From: Naegleria gruberi
Taxonomy: Eukaryota
Length of the DNA stretch: 64,000 nucleotides
Strand: one strand, 5' to 3'
NCBI GenBank assembly: GCA_000004985.1
Contig: GG738855.1
Below the pieces are notes generated by a model. That model ran no database searches and was not told the DNA's origin. It saw only the letters and a program-made list of their open reading frames with translations. This document shows, piece by piece, positions 1-10,382 of this stretch. The stretch's first letter is position 1, and each line of letters starts with the position of its first letter. Made by a program: the position numbers and the translations under genes.

Positions 1-631
1 TGTTATATTTCAATGATGTTTTATAATATTTAATACCACCTAATGTTGAAATGGAATCTGTTATTGTTTTTGGTTTATCAATTATTATAAATTCATTTAA
101 ATTATTTAAATTATTATGATTTAATATATTATTTAAATTATTATTATTATTGTTTAATGTCTGAGATGAACAGGATGATAATGATGATTGAATATTATTA
201 TTATTATTATTAGGAGTATCTTGATTGTCATATTGATGATTATTTACATTAAATATCAAGGCTTGTTGTTGTTGTTGTTGTTGTGGATTATTATTAGGCT
301 TTATAATATTATTATTGGAAGAAATGACAGTAGTAGAGTGGGAGGTAATAGTAGGAGTAGTAATAGTAGTAGTACATTGTGAATGAATAATGTTGTATTC
401 AAGACATATAATAAATAGAGAGAACATTAAAAGGAGGCTAATCAGTGATGATGATGAAATTCGATATTGTAATATATTATTGTTACATAAAGATCTTTTA
501 TCTGCTTCAACACACGTATAGCTCCTACTACTACTACTTGTACAAGGAGCTGATAAAGAAGTTCTAATTATTGTATTGTTAGTGTTATTGTTGGACCAAT
601 AATGTGATGATAATAATGATTTTGGCGCCAT
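1..631 (-). CDS. Partial CDS (5' part; ATG at 631..629, continues past window start): N/S/Q-rich low-complexity protein with one hydrophobic segment
   Basis: Hand translation of the reverse complement from 631 gives MAPKSLLSSHYWSNNNTNNTIIRTSLSAPCT...LISLLLMFSLFIICLEY...PQQQQQQQAL... with no stop down to position 1. It is absent from the ORF track because there is no stop inside the window. Confidence 0.4.
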   Translation of the reverse strand, partial: MAPKSLLSSHYWSNNNTNNTIIRTSLSAPCTSSSSRSYTCVEADKRSLCNNNILQYRISSSSLISLLLMFSLFIICLEYNIIHSQCTTTITTPTITSHSTTVISSNNNIIKPNNNPQQQQQQQALIFNVNNHQYDNQDTPNNNNNNIQSSLSSCSSQTLNNNNNNLNNILNHNNLNNLNEFIIIDKPKTITDSISTLGGIKYYKTSLKYN

Positions 632-876
632 TTTTTTAAAATGGGAAAAGACATGTGAAACAAAAGAATCACAAAAAGGCTTTTTTTCAGAGTTCAAATT
701 AGAACGAAACGATTCGTAATTGGAGAGTTAAAAGATTTTTTAATGATGGTGTTGGATTAAATCATATTATTGATCTTAGAATGAGTGTATCAACAGGATC
801 AAAGTTATTGTGATAGAAACTAAATTATCACACGATTTCAATTGAATTATGTTTTCAATTCTTGATATTTCAATAA

Positions 877-2301
877 TTATTCAGAATGATGAATAGCATT
901 CAATAATAATTCCTTCATTGATTCTAAATCTTCCAAATGGTGAACAATGGATGATTGTGAATTTGTTAATTGAGGATCATTCTTTTTCTGTGAGAGAAAT
1001 GATGGTTTCTTATTAGTATCTTGATTCTTTTCCATTCTCAATCGATAAAATACACTATCCAATATTGATGATCCAGTAGAATGAGATGAACTTATCGATT
1101 CATTACCATATAATGAAGGTATTGGTTCCATCTCACATGCTTCAATAAATTCATCAATTAAAGAATTAGAACTTTCTATTGATGATTCGAGTTGACCAAG
1201 TAATAATTCAATACTAAATCCATCTAAAAGTTGTGTTGGAGATGATGATTCATCCATATCATTTGTATTATGTGGTGGGTATGTTTTGAATGTTGCATGA
1301 TTTATCAGTAATTCATAATATTTCATAATTGAATTAAATGATTCAATAAAATTATTCAATTGATATAATTGAGAACTGTGATCATTTAATAATAGTAAAT
1401 TCAATTCAAATGGTGTAAATCCAATATTTTCACATTCCATATTTAGTAAATAGGATTGCATAGTCTTGTTATATAAATTACTCATAATCATGAATATCTT
1501 ATTGATATTAATTATTAACTTGTGAATTAATTGAATGGTTGTAAACTTTTCATTTGGTGAAATATTTGAAGAATTCTTTACATTCTTTAAAAAATAATAC
1601 AATGAATGATCACTCGGCAATTCACCATTAATTAAATTTTGATTCAAATAATCCATATTCAAAATATGTTTGAAAAGTAATTGATCATGTGATAATATCA
1701 ACCAATTTAAAGTATTCAATAATTCTGTACATAATTGTTGATCATTTTTAGTAATTAATTTAAATGTTCTAGGATATTCTAATTTCATTAATTCATAATT
1801 TACATATTTGATGATTTTCTCCAAATCATGCTTCTCGTTATTAAGTGAAACCTTATTAAATTTATAAAGAATTAATACATTATATATTGTAATGTACATG
1901 GAACGAATTATTTGATGAAGCCTAGAATAATCATCCATAACATCATTATCATCACCATCACTAGCACCACCACTCAATACTAGCAAGATATCGGAACTAT
2001 CCAATCCACAATTTAATTCATAATGATTTAAAATTGATATTACAAAATCAACACATGATGCAAACTCTAGTGATATTGGAGACTTTTTGACTTTCCTATT
2101 TGATGAATTTCCTCCACTGCCAACAATCAATGATGAATTTCTTTTTGGACCAAGCCTAGTAGCACTACTTGTTGATTGATTACTACTAGTAGTCATCGAT
2201 GGTTGCTGTGATGTCTTTTTAATAAGAACATTTCCCCTATTCAAAATAATACTTTTCGATCCTCCACTCGAGGAAGAAGTGTTTTGATTTGTTCTTTTCA
2301 T
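877..2301 (-). CDS. Hypothetical protein, 474 aa, S/N-rich, no recognisable domain
   Basis: Long ORF with ATG start and the local codon bias. Nearby minus-strand ORFs are only low-complexity antisense frames. Confidence 0.55.
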   Translation of the reverse strand: MKRTNQNTSSSSGGSKSIILNRGNVLIKKTSQQPSMTTSSNQSTSSATRLGPKRNSSLIVGSGGNSSNRKVKKSPISLEFASCVDFVISILNHYELNCGLDSSDILLVLSGGASDGDDNDVMDDYSRLHQIIRSMYITIYNVLILYKFNKVSLNNEKHDLEKIIKYVNYELMKLEYPRTFKLITKNDQQLCTELLNTLNWLILSHDQLLFKHILNMDYLNQNLINGELPSDHSLYYFLKNVKNSSNISPNEKFTTIQLIHKLIININKIFMIMSNLYNKTMQSYLLNMECENIGFTPFELNLLLLNDHSSQLYQLNNFIESFNSIMKYYELLINHATFKTYPPHNTNDMDESSSPTQLLDGFSIELLLGQLESSIESSNSLIDEFIEACEMEPIPSLYGNESISSSHSTGSSILDSVFYRLRMEKNQDTNKKPSFLSQKKNDPQLTNSQSSIVHHLEDLESMKELLLNAIHHSE

Positions 2302-2458
2302 TTTTTTGTTATTAATTTAATGATAATAAAAAATAACCCGCCTAAATTTTTACAAAATAATTTTCAATACATCCTTAGTTAGACCAAATCAATTAGTTTT
2401 TCATTAATAATTTAATAGTAATAATAATAATAATTTAATAATAATAATAGTATATAAT

Positions 2459-5141
2459 TTAATCCTTCTTTGAAAGGTAATAATCTAAAGATTGAACTAA
2501 ACCACCCTTTTCAGGTCTCTTCTTTCCCAATTGTTCTCTCTGTTTCACTAATTTAATTAAACCGTGATGAATTTTTTCACTTTGACCTTTAACCATATTT
2601 GCATAAAAATCAGCAGATAACCAACCACCAAAATCAGCAGTTACAGCATAGTAATATCTACACTTGATATCTGAAACTCTTTCTACCATGAATGCAGTTT
2701 TAACTTCACCTCTTACAAATTTAGAACATTCAGGAGCTTTTGGATGGTTGACTGAACGAGAAACACATAAATAACGTTGTTCATCTTCATCAAATTTACA
2801 ACAGAATGCATGAACGAATTCTCTATTCTTTTGTGGGAATTTCATTTTCAAAATTTCATGATGAATGACAGTTGCATAATTTCCAGATTTGATAAAATCA
2901 ATTTGTTTACAACTTTCTAATCTTTCTTCTCTTGATTGAATATAATCTGGATCAATCCACATATTGAAAAGTGAATGAGAACTGCACTCCATTTCACCAA
3001 CATATTTGATTTGAGTGTGACGACGTGAATTACTCAAGTGATTGTGAAGTTCTGGTGGTGAACTGTAGGTACGTCCAGTATCTGAATCATGAATAACTCT
3101 CCACTGATTCATATCTTTGAGATTTTCAATAATCTTTTTAAATTCCTTATCAGTATAGACATAATTTTCCAAATTGATAAGTTCAGTACCACATTTTGGA
3201 CAGAATTTAACATGTTCCTTAACATCACAATCATCTTCAAGTTCAATAATTTCATCACTATCACTTGATCTATCCTTATCACTTGAAGTTGATCCTGTAT
3301 TATTTGTACTACCACCAGTTGTTGTTGAATGATGAGTTCCTCTTGTTGAACCACCTTGATCTGAAGTGTCATCTGATGACTTGTCAGAAGTTAATTCAGA
3401 TTTAATAAATCTGACAAGGAATGTTGGATCAGTTTGCTTCTTTCTTTCAAGATATTTTGTAAAAAGTTTACTATGAATAAACTTTGGAAATGAATCAACT
3501 TTAAGTGAACGAATGGCCAAAGTTTCCAAATTCAAGAATAAATCCTTTGGACAATGATCAGCTGAACATTCATTGAATTTAACACGGAATGGACCGAATG
3601 CATTCTTTAGGAATTTGAGTTTGTGTTGAGAATCTTCTGAAATGAAATGTTCAACAATTTGTTCAGCCTGATGATATCTTTCAGAGTGTGAATTTATCAT
3701 TTTAAATTCTTGAACTGTTTCATAGAATAACATCATATCTTGATTATTATTTAAACTAAGGAAATCTTTCATCTTGGAAACAAAGGTATGATCAGTGATG
3801 AGTTTGTGGAATCTGTAATTTTCTGGATTGGTCAAATCAATTTGTAATAGAGTTTTGGAAATGTCATCTTCTTGTTTCAATTCATGTTTGAATTGTTGAA
3901 GGAGGAATTGAATAGTTTCGTCCTTATTATTTACCTTGGTACATGCTTTAGAATTATTGTACAAGATACGAGCACATTTGTAAGCAGATGATTTTAAAGC
4001 AATGTGCATTGGAGTATCACCATCATTATTTTGAATTAAACAATCACTTGGTTTCAATTGATTCAATGAGAAACAAATTTCAGGATAATTATTAATAACT
4101 GACAAGTGAAGTGGAGTGTTTCCATTTTGATCTCTTTCACAAGTCATTTCACTAATATTCTGTTCAGATAAATGTGTTAATAATTCACCCAATGAATGAA
4201 TATATCCCATTGATGCACATTTGTGAAGAATATTTTGTTTTTCTGGATTCTTAAATCTCACCAAAGTATTCACATATTCAACAGCATCGAAACTAGCTCT
4301 CTTATTAGCACTACTGCTATTAATGAGTGTTCTCTTTGGTTCCTTTCCACTTGGACTCAATGATTTCAATACTTGATTAATCATTCTTGGATATTGAAGT
4401 GCTAAGAAGAATGGAATTTCACCCCTTGTATTTGTTTTTAACAAATCGGCACCACATTGAGTAACGAGAAAGACAACACTTGCAATATTACCACTCTTAA
4501 CAGCCTCATGAATTGCTGTATTATTGTCCTTATCAATAATTTGATTAATATTGGCATTTCCTTCGGCATATAATAGGTAGGCAGCTGGAAGATTATTATT
4601 CTTCAGGGCAATGTAGAATGGTGAATAACCACAACTATTCACAATATTGGCATTGGCTTGATTGGATAACAAATATTCTAAAATCTATTTGTGTATATTG
4701 TATTAGATAAGAGAAACGAATAAATCATATGAGGAATCATCATTGAAAATCATTGAATTATTCATCAATGTGTATATGTAATGAAGAGTAAACATTTCTT
4801 TTATCATGATAATAAAAACAACAACTTACAGTTTCAGATTTGTGATAATTCTTCATCTCTACACAATAAAAAACACAAGATTGTTGATTCTTGTCCAAAT
4901 AATTTAAACTAGCATTGAATTGTTTGTGTAGTAATCTAATCATTTGAATGTTTCCTTCCTCAGTTGCAGTCATTAAAAGTGTTTTACCATTGTTATCTAA
5001 TGCATACAATTCATCAACATTAAAGTTTTCTGTTATTTTGGATTTGTCTCTTTGAATTTCATCACTTAGTGTTTCTAAATGTTGTTCCTTGATGAGTTTA
5101 TGAAGTACTTGACGTCTTTCAACAGAGATTGTTGTTGACAT
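2459..5141 (-). CDS. Ankyrin-repeat + RGS domain + C-terminal START-like lipid-binding domain protein. Two exons: 4830..5141 and 2459..4684; intron 4685..4829, GTAAGT...ATAG
   Basis: Exon 1 (ORF 4758..5141, ATG at 5141) carries an ankyrin motif and ends at a GTAAGT donor. Splicing to the ATAG acceptor joins in frame as ...KNYHKSET|ILEYLLSNQANANIV.... Ankyrin repeats: TAIHEAVKSGNIASVVFLV, TPLHLSV, TPMHIAL. RGS-like segment: FYETVQEFK...QIVEHFISEDS. Zn-ribbon CPKCGTEL. C-terminal block ...VRGEVKTAFMVERV...ADFGGWLSADF resembles a START/Bet v1 fold. Confidence 0.7.
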
Positions 5142-5519
5142 GATTGTTGTGTTGTATGTTATAGTAGTTGTTGTTTTTTTTAATGATGTTTTTTAGTTGG
5201 GTGACATTTTAAAGTTAAAATTATGCGTCTGACAGCACTCAACAGTCCATAAAAGGTACTATGTGGATTTGACCATTTTTGAAAGTGGAGATTTAACTTA
5301 CCATTTTTCCTGAATGATAATAATAAGTTTTTTAATTAATTAGAAAAATGTAGGGGGAATAGGAAAGAAACATTAATAATTAACCGAAAGCTCAATTGGG
5401 TTGTGTTGGTAAAAATTTATACTAATAAGCTCAGTATAACAATGGATGGTTTACATTTCAACAAATAAATCATTCATCTCAAATTGTTAACAAGTATTTC
5501 ACATTTATTTACAAGTACT

Positions 5520-8500
5520 TTAAAAAGGTGGCAAATCATTATCATCCATTTCATCAATTAATTCATCAGCACTAACTGCATTGAAAATTAAAGTCTTTTT
5601 CCTAATGAATAATTGTTCAATGGTTTCAGCATCCACATAAATTGGGGATCCTTCGAGATTATAAGTCTTGGCATTACTAACCAATAATTTGACATCTCTT
5701 TCCATATCATCAATTCCTAAATAACTACCATTTCTAACCTTCCTTTCAATGTCATGCAAACAAATAGGATTCTTAATAATTTCATAGTAAGTTGGGTATT
5801 CTTCCTTGTTAGGAAGCTCTAAGAAAGGAAAAACAAGAGATTTTCCAGTATCATCAGTTGTATTACCAATATCCATGTAGATTTGATAAAGTTTCTTAGT
5901 TACCGTATCACTCAAATCAGCAAGAACTTTATCATATGATTTACCATCATAAGAATATCCAAGAGTTGGTTCTTCTTCAACTACTTTCTTCTTTCTACCT
6001 CTTCCTGGACCAGGTGCTTTCTTTTTCTTTGCTGCTGGTTCTTCTTTCTTTACTGGTGCCTTTCTCTTTCTCTTCTTTGTGTTTTCCTCTTCCTCTTCTT
6101 CTTCCTCAGGTTCTTCTTCTGGTTCAGCTACTTCTTCATCGTCTTCATCTCCATCTTCTTCATCACTTGAGTCAATGATTGATGATTCGGCACGTTTTCT
6201 TCTACCTCTTCCAAGTTCTTCCTTTTCTTCTTCCTCTTCCTCACCAACTTCTCTTATCCATGATGGAAGTTCATCAGCAGACATCAAACGAGGAGGAACA
6301 TTTTCACCATATTTTTCGATAAGTTGTGCTTCTTGTTCCTTATCCATAGTTTGGAAGATTTCAAATTCATCATCACTTCTTGCTAACAAATTGTTCATTT
6401 GTTCATCAGAAGGAGCTTCGTGAGCACTGTAAATATCACTTTCTTTCTTGAGAAGGGTTTCCAAAAGTTCTTGTCTTTCCAAAATTGTAGATTTTTGATT
6501 GAATTTACCAGCCTTAATGACCTTGGCTTCTGCATCTCTTTTTTCTTGGGCACGATCTCTGACTTTTTCTTCTACAGGAGTACGTGTACAGAATGTAAGA
6601 ACCAAAACAGACTTAGTTTGACCAATACGGTGAGCTCTGGCCATAGCTTGCAAATCTTGTTGAGGATTCCAATCGCTATCAAACATGATAACAGTATCAG
6701 CAGTTTGAAGGTTAAGACCCAAACCACCTGAACGTGTACTCAGCAAGAAAACAAAATATGGAGAATCCTTGGCATTCCATTGCTTGACAAGGGTACCTCT
6801 ATCAGCCGCATTAACAGCACCGTCAAGTCTAAGATATTCATAACCAAGATGAGATAAAAATTCCTCGAAAATATCAAGAATTTGGGTCATTTGACTGAAC
6901 AACAAAACTCTGTGACCAGTTCTCTTCAACTTAGGGAAAATTCTTGATAATAATTCAAATTTACCAGATGATCTACACATCCAATCATAGTAAGTTTCAT
7001 CGCTCAAATTATTCAAATACTCAGTTTCTTTGAAGAATAAATAAGGGTGGTTACAAACTTTTCTAAGTTGCATAACAGTATTGTTCAGAGATGTATTTCT
7101 GAGTTTCTTACCATTCAATACAATCTTATTCTTATCTTGAATATTTTGATACAATGTTTTTTGCATGGCTGATAAATCGATATAAACAACCTTTTCTGAT
7201 TTTTCAGGTAATTGTTCTTCAACATCTGTCTTTTCTCTTCTCAAGAGGAAAGGACGAAGAACTTGGTGAAGTCTGTGAATAATAAGAAGTTTTTCTTCTT
7301 CTGTCATTTCTACCTTTTCACCAGAAGCAGCAAAAGGAGAATTGAACCAATTTTCAAAGTTGAGAGAGCTATCAAAAATCTTAGGTAATAAAAAATGAAG
7401 AAGTGCCCACAACTCTTTCAAGTCGTTTTGAAGAGGAGTACCAGTAAGCAAAACTCTGTTTCTTGAAGTATACTCAGCGAGAGCTTTAACTAATTTACAA
7501 TCAGAGTTCTTAATTCTGTGACCTTCATCCATGATAATATAATTCCATTGAATCTTTTTCATGAATTTCTTTTCTTTGGTAATATATTCATATTGGATCA
7601 ATAAAACTTCAAAGTCTTGTTTCTTCAACTCTAAATGAATTTTTTGTCTTTCTTGTTTGGTACCACTATATCTTATTAACTTTAAAGTTGGACACCATTT
7701 TTCAAATTCGTTAGCCCAATTGTCCATAGTTGACAATGGTACAATTACCAAGTGTGGACCCTTGTTACTTTTAAACTCGTAAAGATATGATAAAAGTGAA
7801 ATGGTTTGAATTGTCTTACCGAGACCCATTTCATCAGCTAAAATACCATTCAATCTATTGTTATAAAGAGAAACAAGCCATTGTAAACCTTGTATCTGGT
7901 ATGCTTTAAGATCACCTCCTTTAAGAATTGTTGGTTGTTTTTCAACTTTTTCAACAAGTCTGTGGGCAACCTTATAGTAATTGTTTTGGTTGAGTAAGAA
8001 TTTCTTAAACAATGATCCACCCTTTTCACCATCCTCTTCTTGATCAAATTCTACAACTTCAGCATCACCATCTCTTTCAGAGACCAAAGATGCTCCCAAA
8101 CTTTTAAGACATGAATCTGTTTGTTTAAGTAATTCGGTCAATCTTCCTTCCTTTGTTTGTTCCAATAATTTAAAGTAGGCTTCTTCATCATTTTCTTTCA
8201 AAGCCTTCAATCTGGCCTTTTCAGCTTTAGCTTTCTTTTCCTTTTCAGCCTTTGCCTTCTTTTCAAAGAATTGTGTCAAATCTTTGTTAATTTTATCTAC
8301 TGGCTTCTTGATATCATTCTTGAAGGCTTCCTTGATCTTCTTTTTCTTAGCAATCAAATCGGCTAGGATTGCCTTCTTACTTTTGTTAGTATTCTTTTCC
8401 TTTGGTTTAGTTGATCTATTTTTCTTCGGAATTTCATTAACCAAGGATTGGGTTCTTGCAATATGACTCTCACCGTTTTGAGTCACTGACTGGTTTTTTA

Positions 8501-9371
8501 GCTGACGAATAATATCTGCTCTTAATTCTTTTTGTTGTTTAAGTAATTGGAATTGTTTAATCTCAATAGCTGCTTTAACTTGCTCATTTTGTGGAAGAGA
8601 AGTAAAACTCATCTTGAGATTATCAAATCTTCTTTTCATCTTGTGTTGAATTCTCTTTTCTCTTTCCTTGTACAAGGTTTGAAGATCTAGATTTTGTTGT
8701 CTTTGACTATCTGGATTTATCTTTGATTCCATTTGTTTGGCAGCATTCATTTGAACATGTTGATTAGGAATATTTGGTGCTTGGATCATTTGTCCATTTG
8801 GATTAACAAATGGTTGTGGTTGATTTGGTTGATTTGGTTGCACTTTACGGAGTTGAGTATTTAATTGAACATTGTTTGGTTGTTGTTGAAGAGGTTGTGG
8901 AATGACTGGTCCTACATTTGTTGTTGTTGTTGTTGATTGTGGAGCACCTTGCTTCAAGTAAACTGTTTCATATTCCTTCAAATTATTCTCAACATTGTTG
9001 CCCATGATAGCAAATTGTAAAGAAGTAGGAATTGGTTCTCTCTTAGAAATGTGATGTTTAAAAGCATAGATTTGTGCTTTCAATCTTTCCTTTTGTTGTG
9101 TAGTGAACAAACTTTGTTGTTGTTGTGGTTGTTGTTGTTGTAGAGTTTGTGGATTGATGGTTGCTAGTGAAGGTTGTACGGGTGTTGGAAGCACATTGTT
9201 AATTGTCTGTTGATTTTGTTGTTTCATCTGATTTTGATTGTTAAGTTGTGCTTTCAAGAATTGATGAAGACTTTTATATTGTGGGTCATTCAAATCCTTT
9301 CCTTCACTCTTCAACCTCTTCAACAAGCCCATATACAACTGAAGTTGTTGAGAAGAAAGTTGTTTGTCCAT
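5520..9371 (-). CDS. SNF2: SWI/SNF catalytic ATPase (SNF2/Brahma/BRG1 family), 1283 aa, with C-terminal bromodomain; intronless
   Basis: N-terminal QLQ-like segment and an HSA-like basic region. Helicase motifs DEMGLGKT, DEGHRIKN, LLLTGTPLQN and C-terminal helicase lobe FLLSTRSGGLGLNLQ, QAMARAHRIGQ. Acidic E-rich tail followed by a bromodomain (...YYEIIKNPICLHDIERKV...LLVSNAKTYN). Confidence 0.95.
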   Translation of the reverse strand: MDKQLSSQQLQLYMGLLKRLKSEGKDLNDPQYKSLHQFLKAQLNNQNQMKQQNQQTINNVLPTPVQPSLATINPQTLQQQQPQQQQSLFTTQQKERLKAQIYAFKHHISKREPIPTSLQFAIMGNNVENNLKEYETVYLKQGAPQSTTTTTNVGPVIPQPLQQQPNNVQLNTQLRKVQPNQPNQPQPFVNPNGQMIQAPNIPNQHVQMNAAKQMESKINPDSQRQQNLDLQTLYKEREKRIQHKMKRRFDNLKMSFTSLPQNEQVKAAIEIKQFQLLKQQKELRADIIRQLKNQSVTQNGESHIARTQSLVNEIPKKNRSTKPKEKNTNKSKKAILADLIAKKKKIKEAFKNDIKKPVDKINKDLTQFFEKKAKAEKEKKAKAEKARLKALKENDEEAYFKLLEQTKEGRLTELLKQTDSCLKSLGASLVSERDGDAEVVEFDQEEDGEKGGSLFKKFLLNQNNYYKVAHRLVEKVEKQPTILKGGDLKAYQIQGLQWLVSLYNNRLNGILADEMGLGKTIQTISLLSYLYEFKSNKGPHLVIVPLSTMDNWANEFEKWCPTLKLIRYSGTKQERQKIHLELKKQDFEVLLIQYEYITKEKKFMKKIQWNYIIMDEGHRIKNSDCKLVKALAEYTSRNRVLLTGTPLQNDLKELWALLHFLLPKIFDSSLNFENWFNSPFAASGEKVEMTEEEKLLIIHRLHQVLRPFLLRREKTDVEEQLPEKSEKVVYIDLSAMQKTLYQNIQDKNKIVLNGKKLRNTSLNNTVMQLRKVCNHPYLFFKETEYLNNLSDETYYDWMCRSSGKFELLSRIFPKLKRTGHRVLLFSQMTQILDIFEEFLSHLGYEYLRLDGAVNAADRGTLVKQWNAKDSPYFVFLLSTRSGGLGLNLQTADTVIMFDSDWNPQQDLQAMARAHRIGQTKSVLVLTFCTRTPVEEKVRDRAQEKRDAEAKVIKAGKFNQKSTILERQELLETLLKKESDIYSAHEAPSDEQMNNLLARSDDEFEIFQTMDKEQEAQLIEKYGENVPPRLMSADELPSWIREVGEEEEEEKEELGRGRRKRAESSIIDSSDEEDGDEDDEEVAEPEEEPEEEEEEEENTKKRKRKAPVKKEEPAAKKKKAPGPGRGRKKKVVEEEPTLGYSYDGKSYDKVLADLSDTVTKKLYQIYMDIGNTTDDTGKSLVFPFLELPNKEEYPTYYEIIKNPICLHDIERKVRNGSYLGIDDMERDVKLLVSNAKTYNLEGSPIYVDAETIEQLFIRKKTLIFNAVSADELIDEMDDNDLPPF

Positions 9372-10382
9372 AATGATGACGCGGAGCTGATGATGATCAA
9401 ATAATGTTGAAAATTAAAATTTCTCTGATGATAAAATGTGATGTTTTCAAGTTTTTAGTCGAAGCGATGACGGCACAATTTAAAAGCAGCGTTGTCAAAA
9501 TATTGGTGCTTTCTATTTTTTACGCTCTGATGGTCAATAGAGTAGTATTTGTATCACACAGAGAACAAGAGCTTCTTGGCGCGATAATTTTAAAAAATAA
9601 ATGTAACCGCTTTTTTGATGCGTTCTTGGCTGGCAAGCTGGATAATAGTTTGTTGCTGTTGTGGTTGAACAATGAACCACAAATTTTTTTTTGATAGAGG
9701 ATACCAACAAGGTTTGTGCTTGCAAAACATCTTGCTGCACACATCATCAAGCTAAAAATATTGATGGAGAGCGCATTAATTAAATGGCAATGTGATGATG
9801 GAGGGAAATTATCATCATGAGGGTGAATAATATCTGAAGAATAAGTTGGCACTACAACAAAAATTATGGTTTTATTTTGTTTTTAACCTCTTAGATTTTT
9901 GGCTTATTGGTTGTTAGAGTGCTACTTTAGGCAGAGTGAAATCTTACTCATACAACTTGGGTTCTTTCGGGTGCGTATTGATGAAACTATTTGTTCAATA
10001 TTAATACAATAACTTACACTGCATCTCCTAACATCAACAATTATGAAAAGAAATAAAAACTCTCTAGAATAAAACACGTAATTCAATTAAAAAAATAAAT
10101 TAGTTATTATTATGAATTCAAAATTTGGAAGAAATTAATATTTAATCAAAAATAATTCCAAAGCCAATAATATGTAATAAATGTGTTATTGCAGGCAATT
10201 TTTTTTGGATACTGTATTTACTGTATTTTAAATCTCCCACACGAGATTTTTCACGATGAAATTTAGTAATGCTATTGAATCTACGTCCTATACATATACC
10301 TTGAAGTTCATTAAGGAAAGAGCCTTAATTTGCACGTAATCACAAAGGGACTTGTTGAAAAAAAAAGCTTCTCTGTGACAAT

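Noticed and set aside
188-382. 64-aa plus-strand poly-I/L ORF at the window start
   Set aside because: Antisense to the partial minus-strand N/Q-rich CDS 1..631; an AT-repeat artefact.
3109-3372. 87-aa minus-strand ORF nested inside the ankyrin-RGS-START gene (different frame)
   Set aside because: It lies within the S/T/G-rich linker of the real gene. Its composition (I/L/V/Q) is the typical alternate-frame product of that repeat; it has no start context and no domain.
4758-5141. 127-aa ORF as an independent small ankyrin gene
   Set aside because: It ends exactly at a GTAAGT donor, and an in-frame acceptor continues an ankyrin repeat across the junction into the downstream 737-aa ORF. It is better explained as exon 1.
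5936-6731. Three plus-strand ORFs (80-114 aa) rich in S or L
   Set aside because: They are antisense to the acidic E/K-rich tail of the SNF2 gene, where GAA/GAG/AAG repeats open ORFs on both strands. They are not independent genes.
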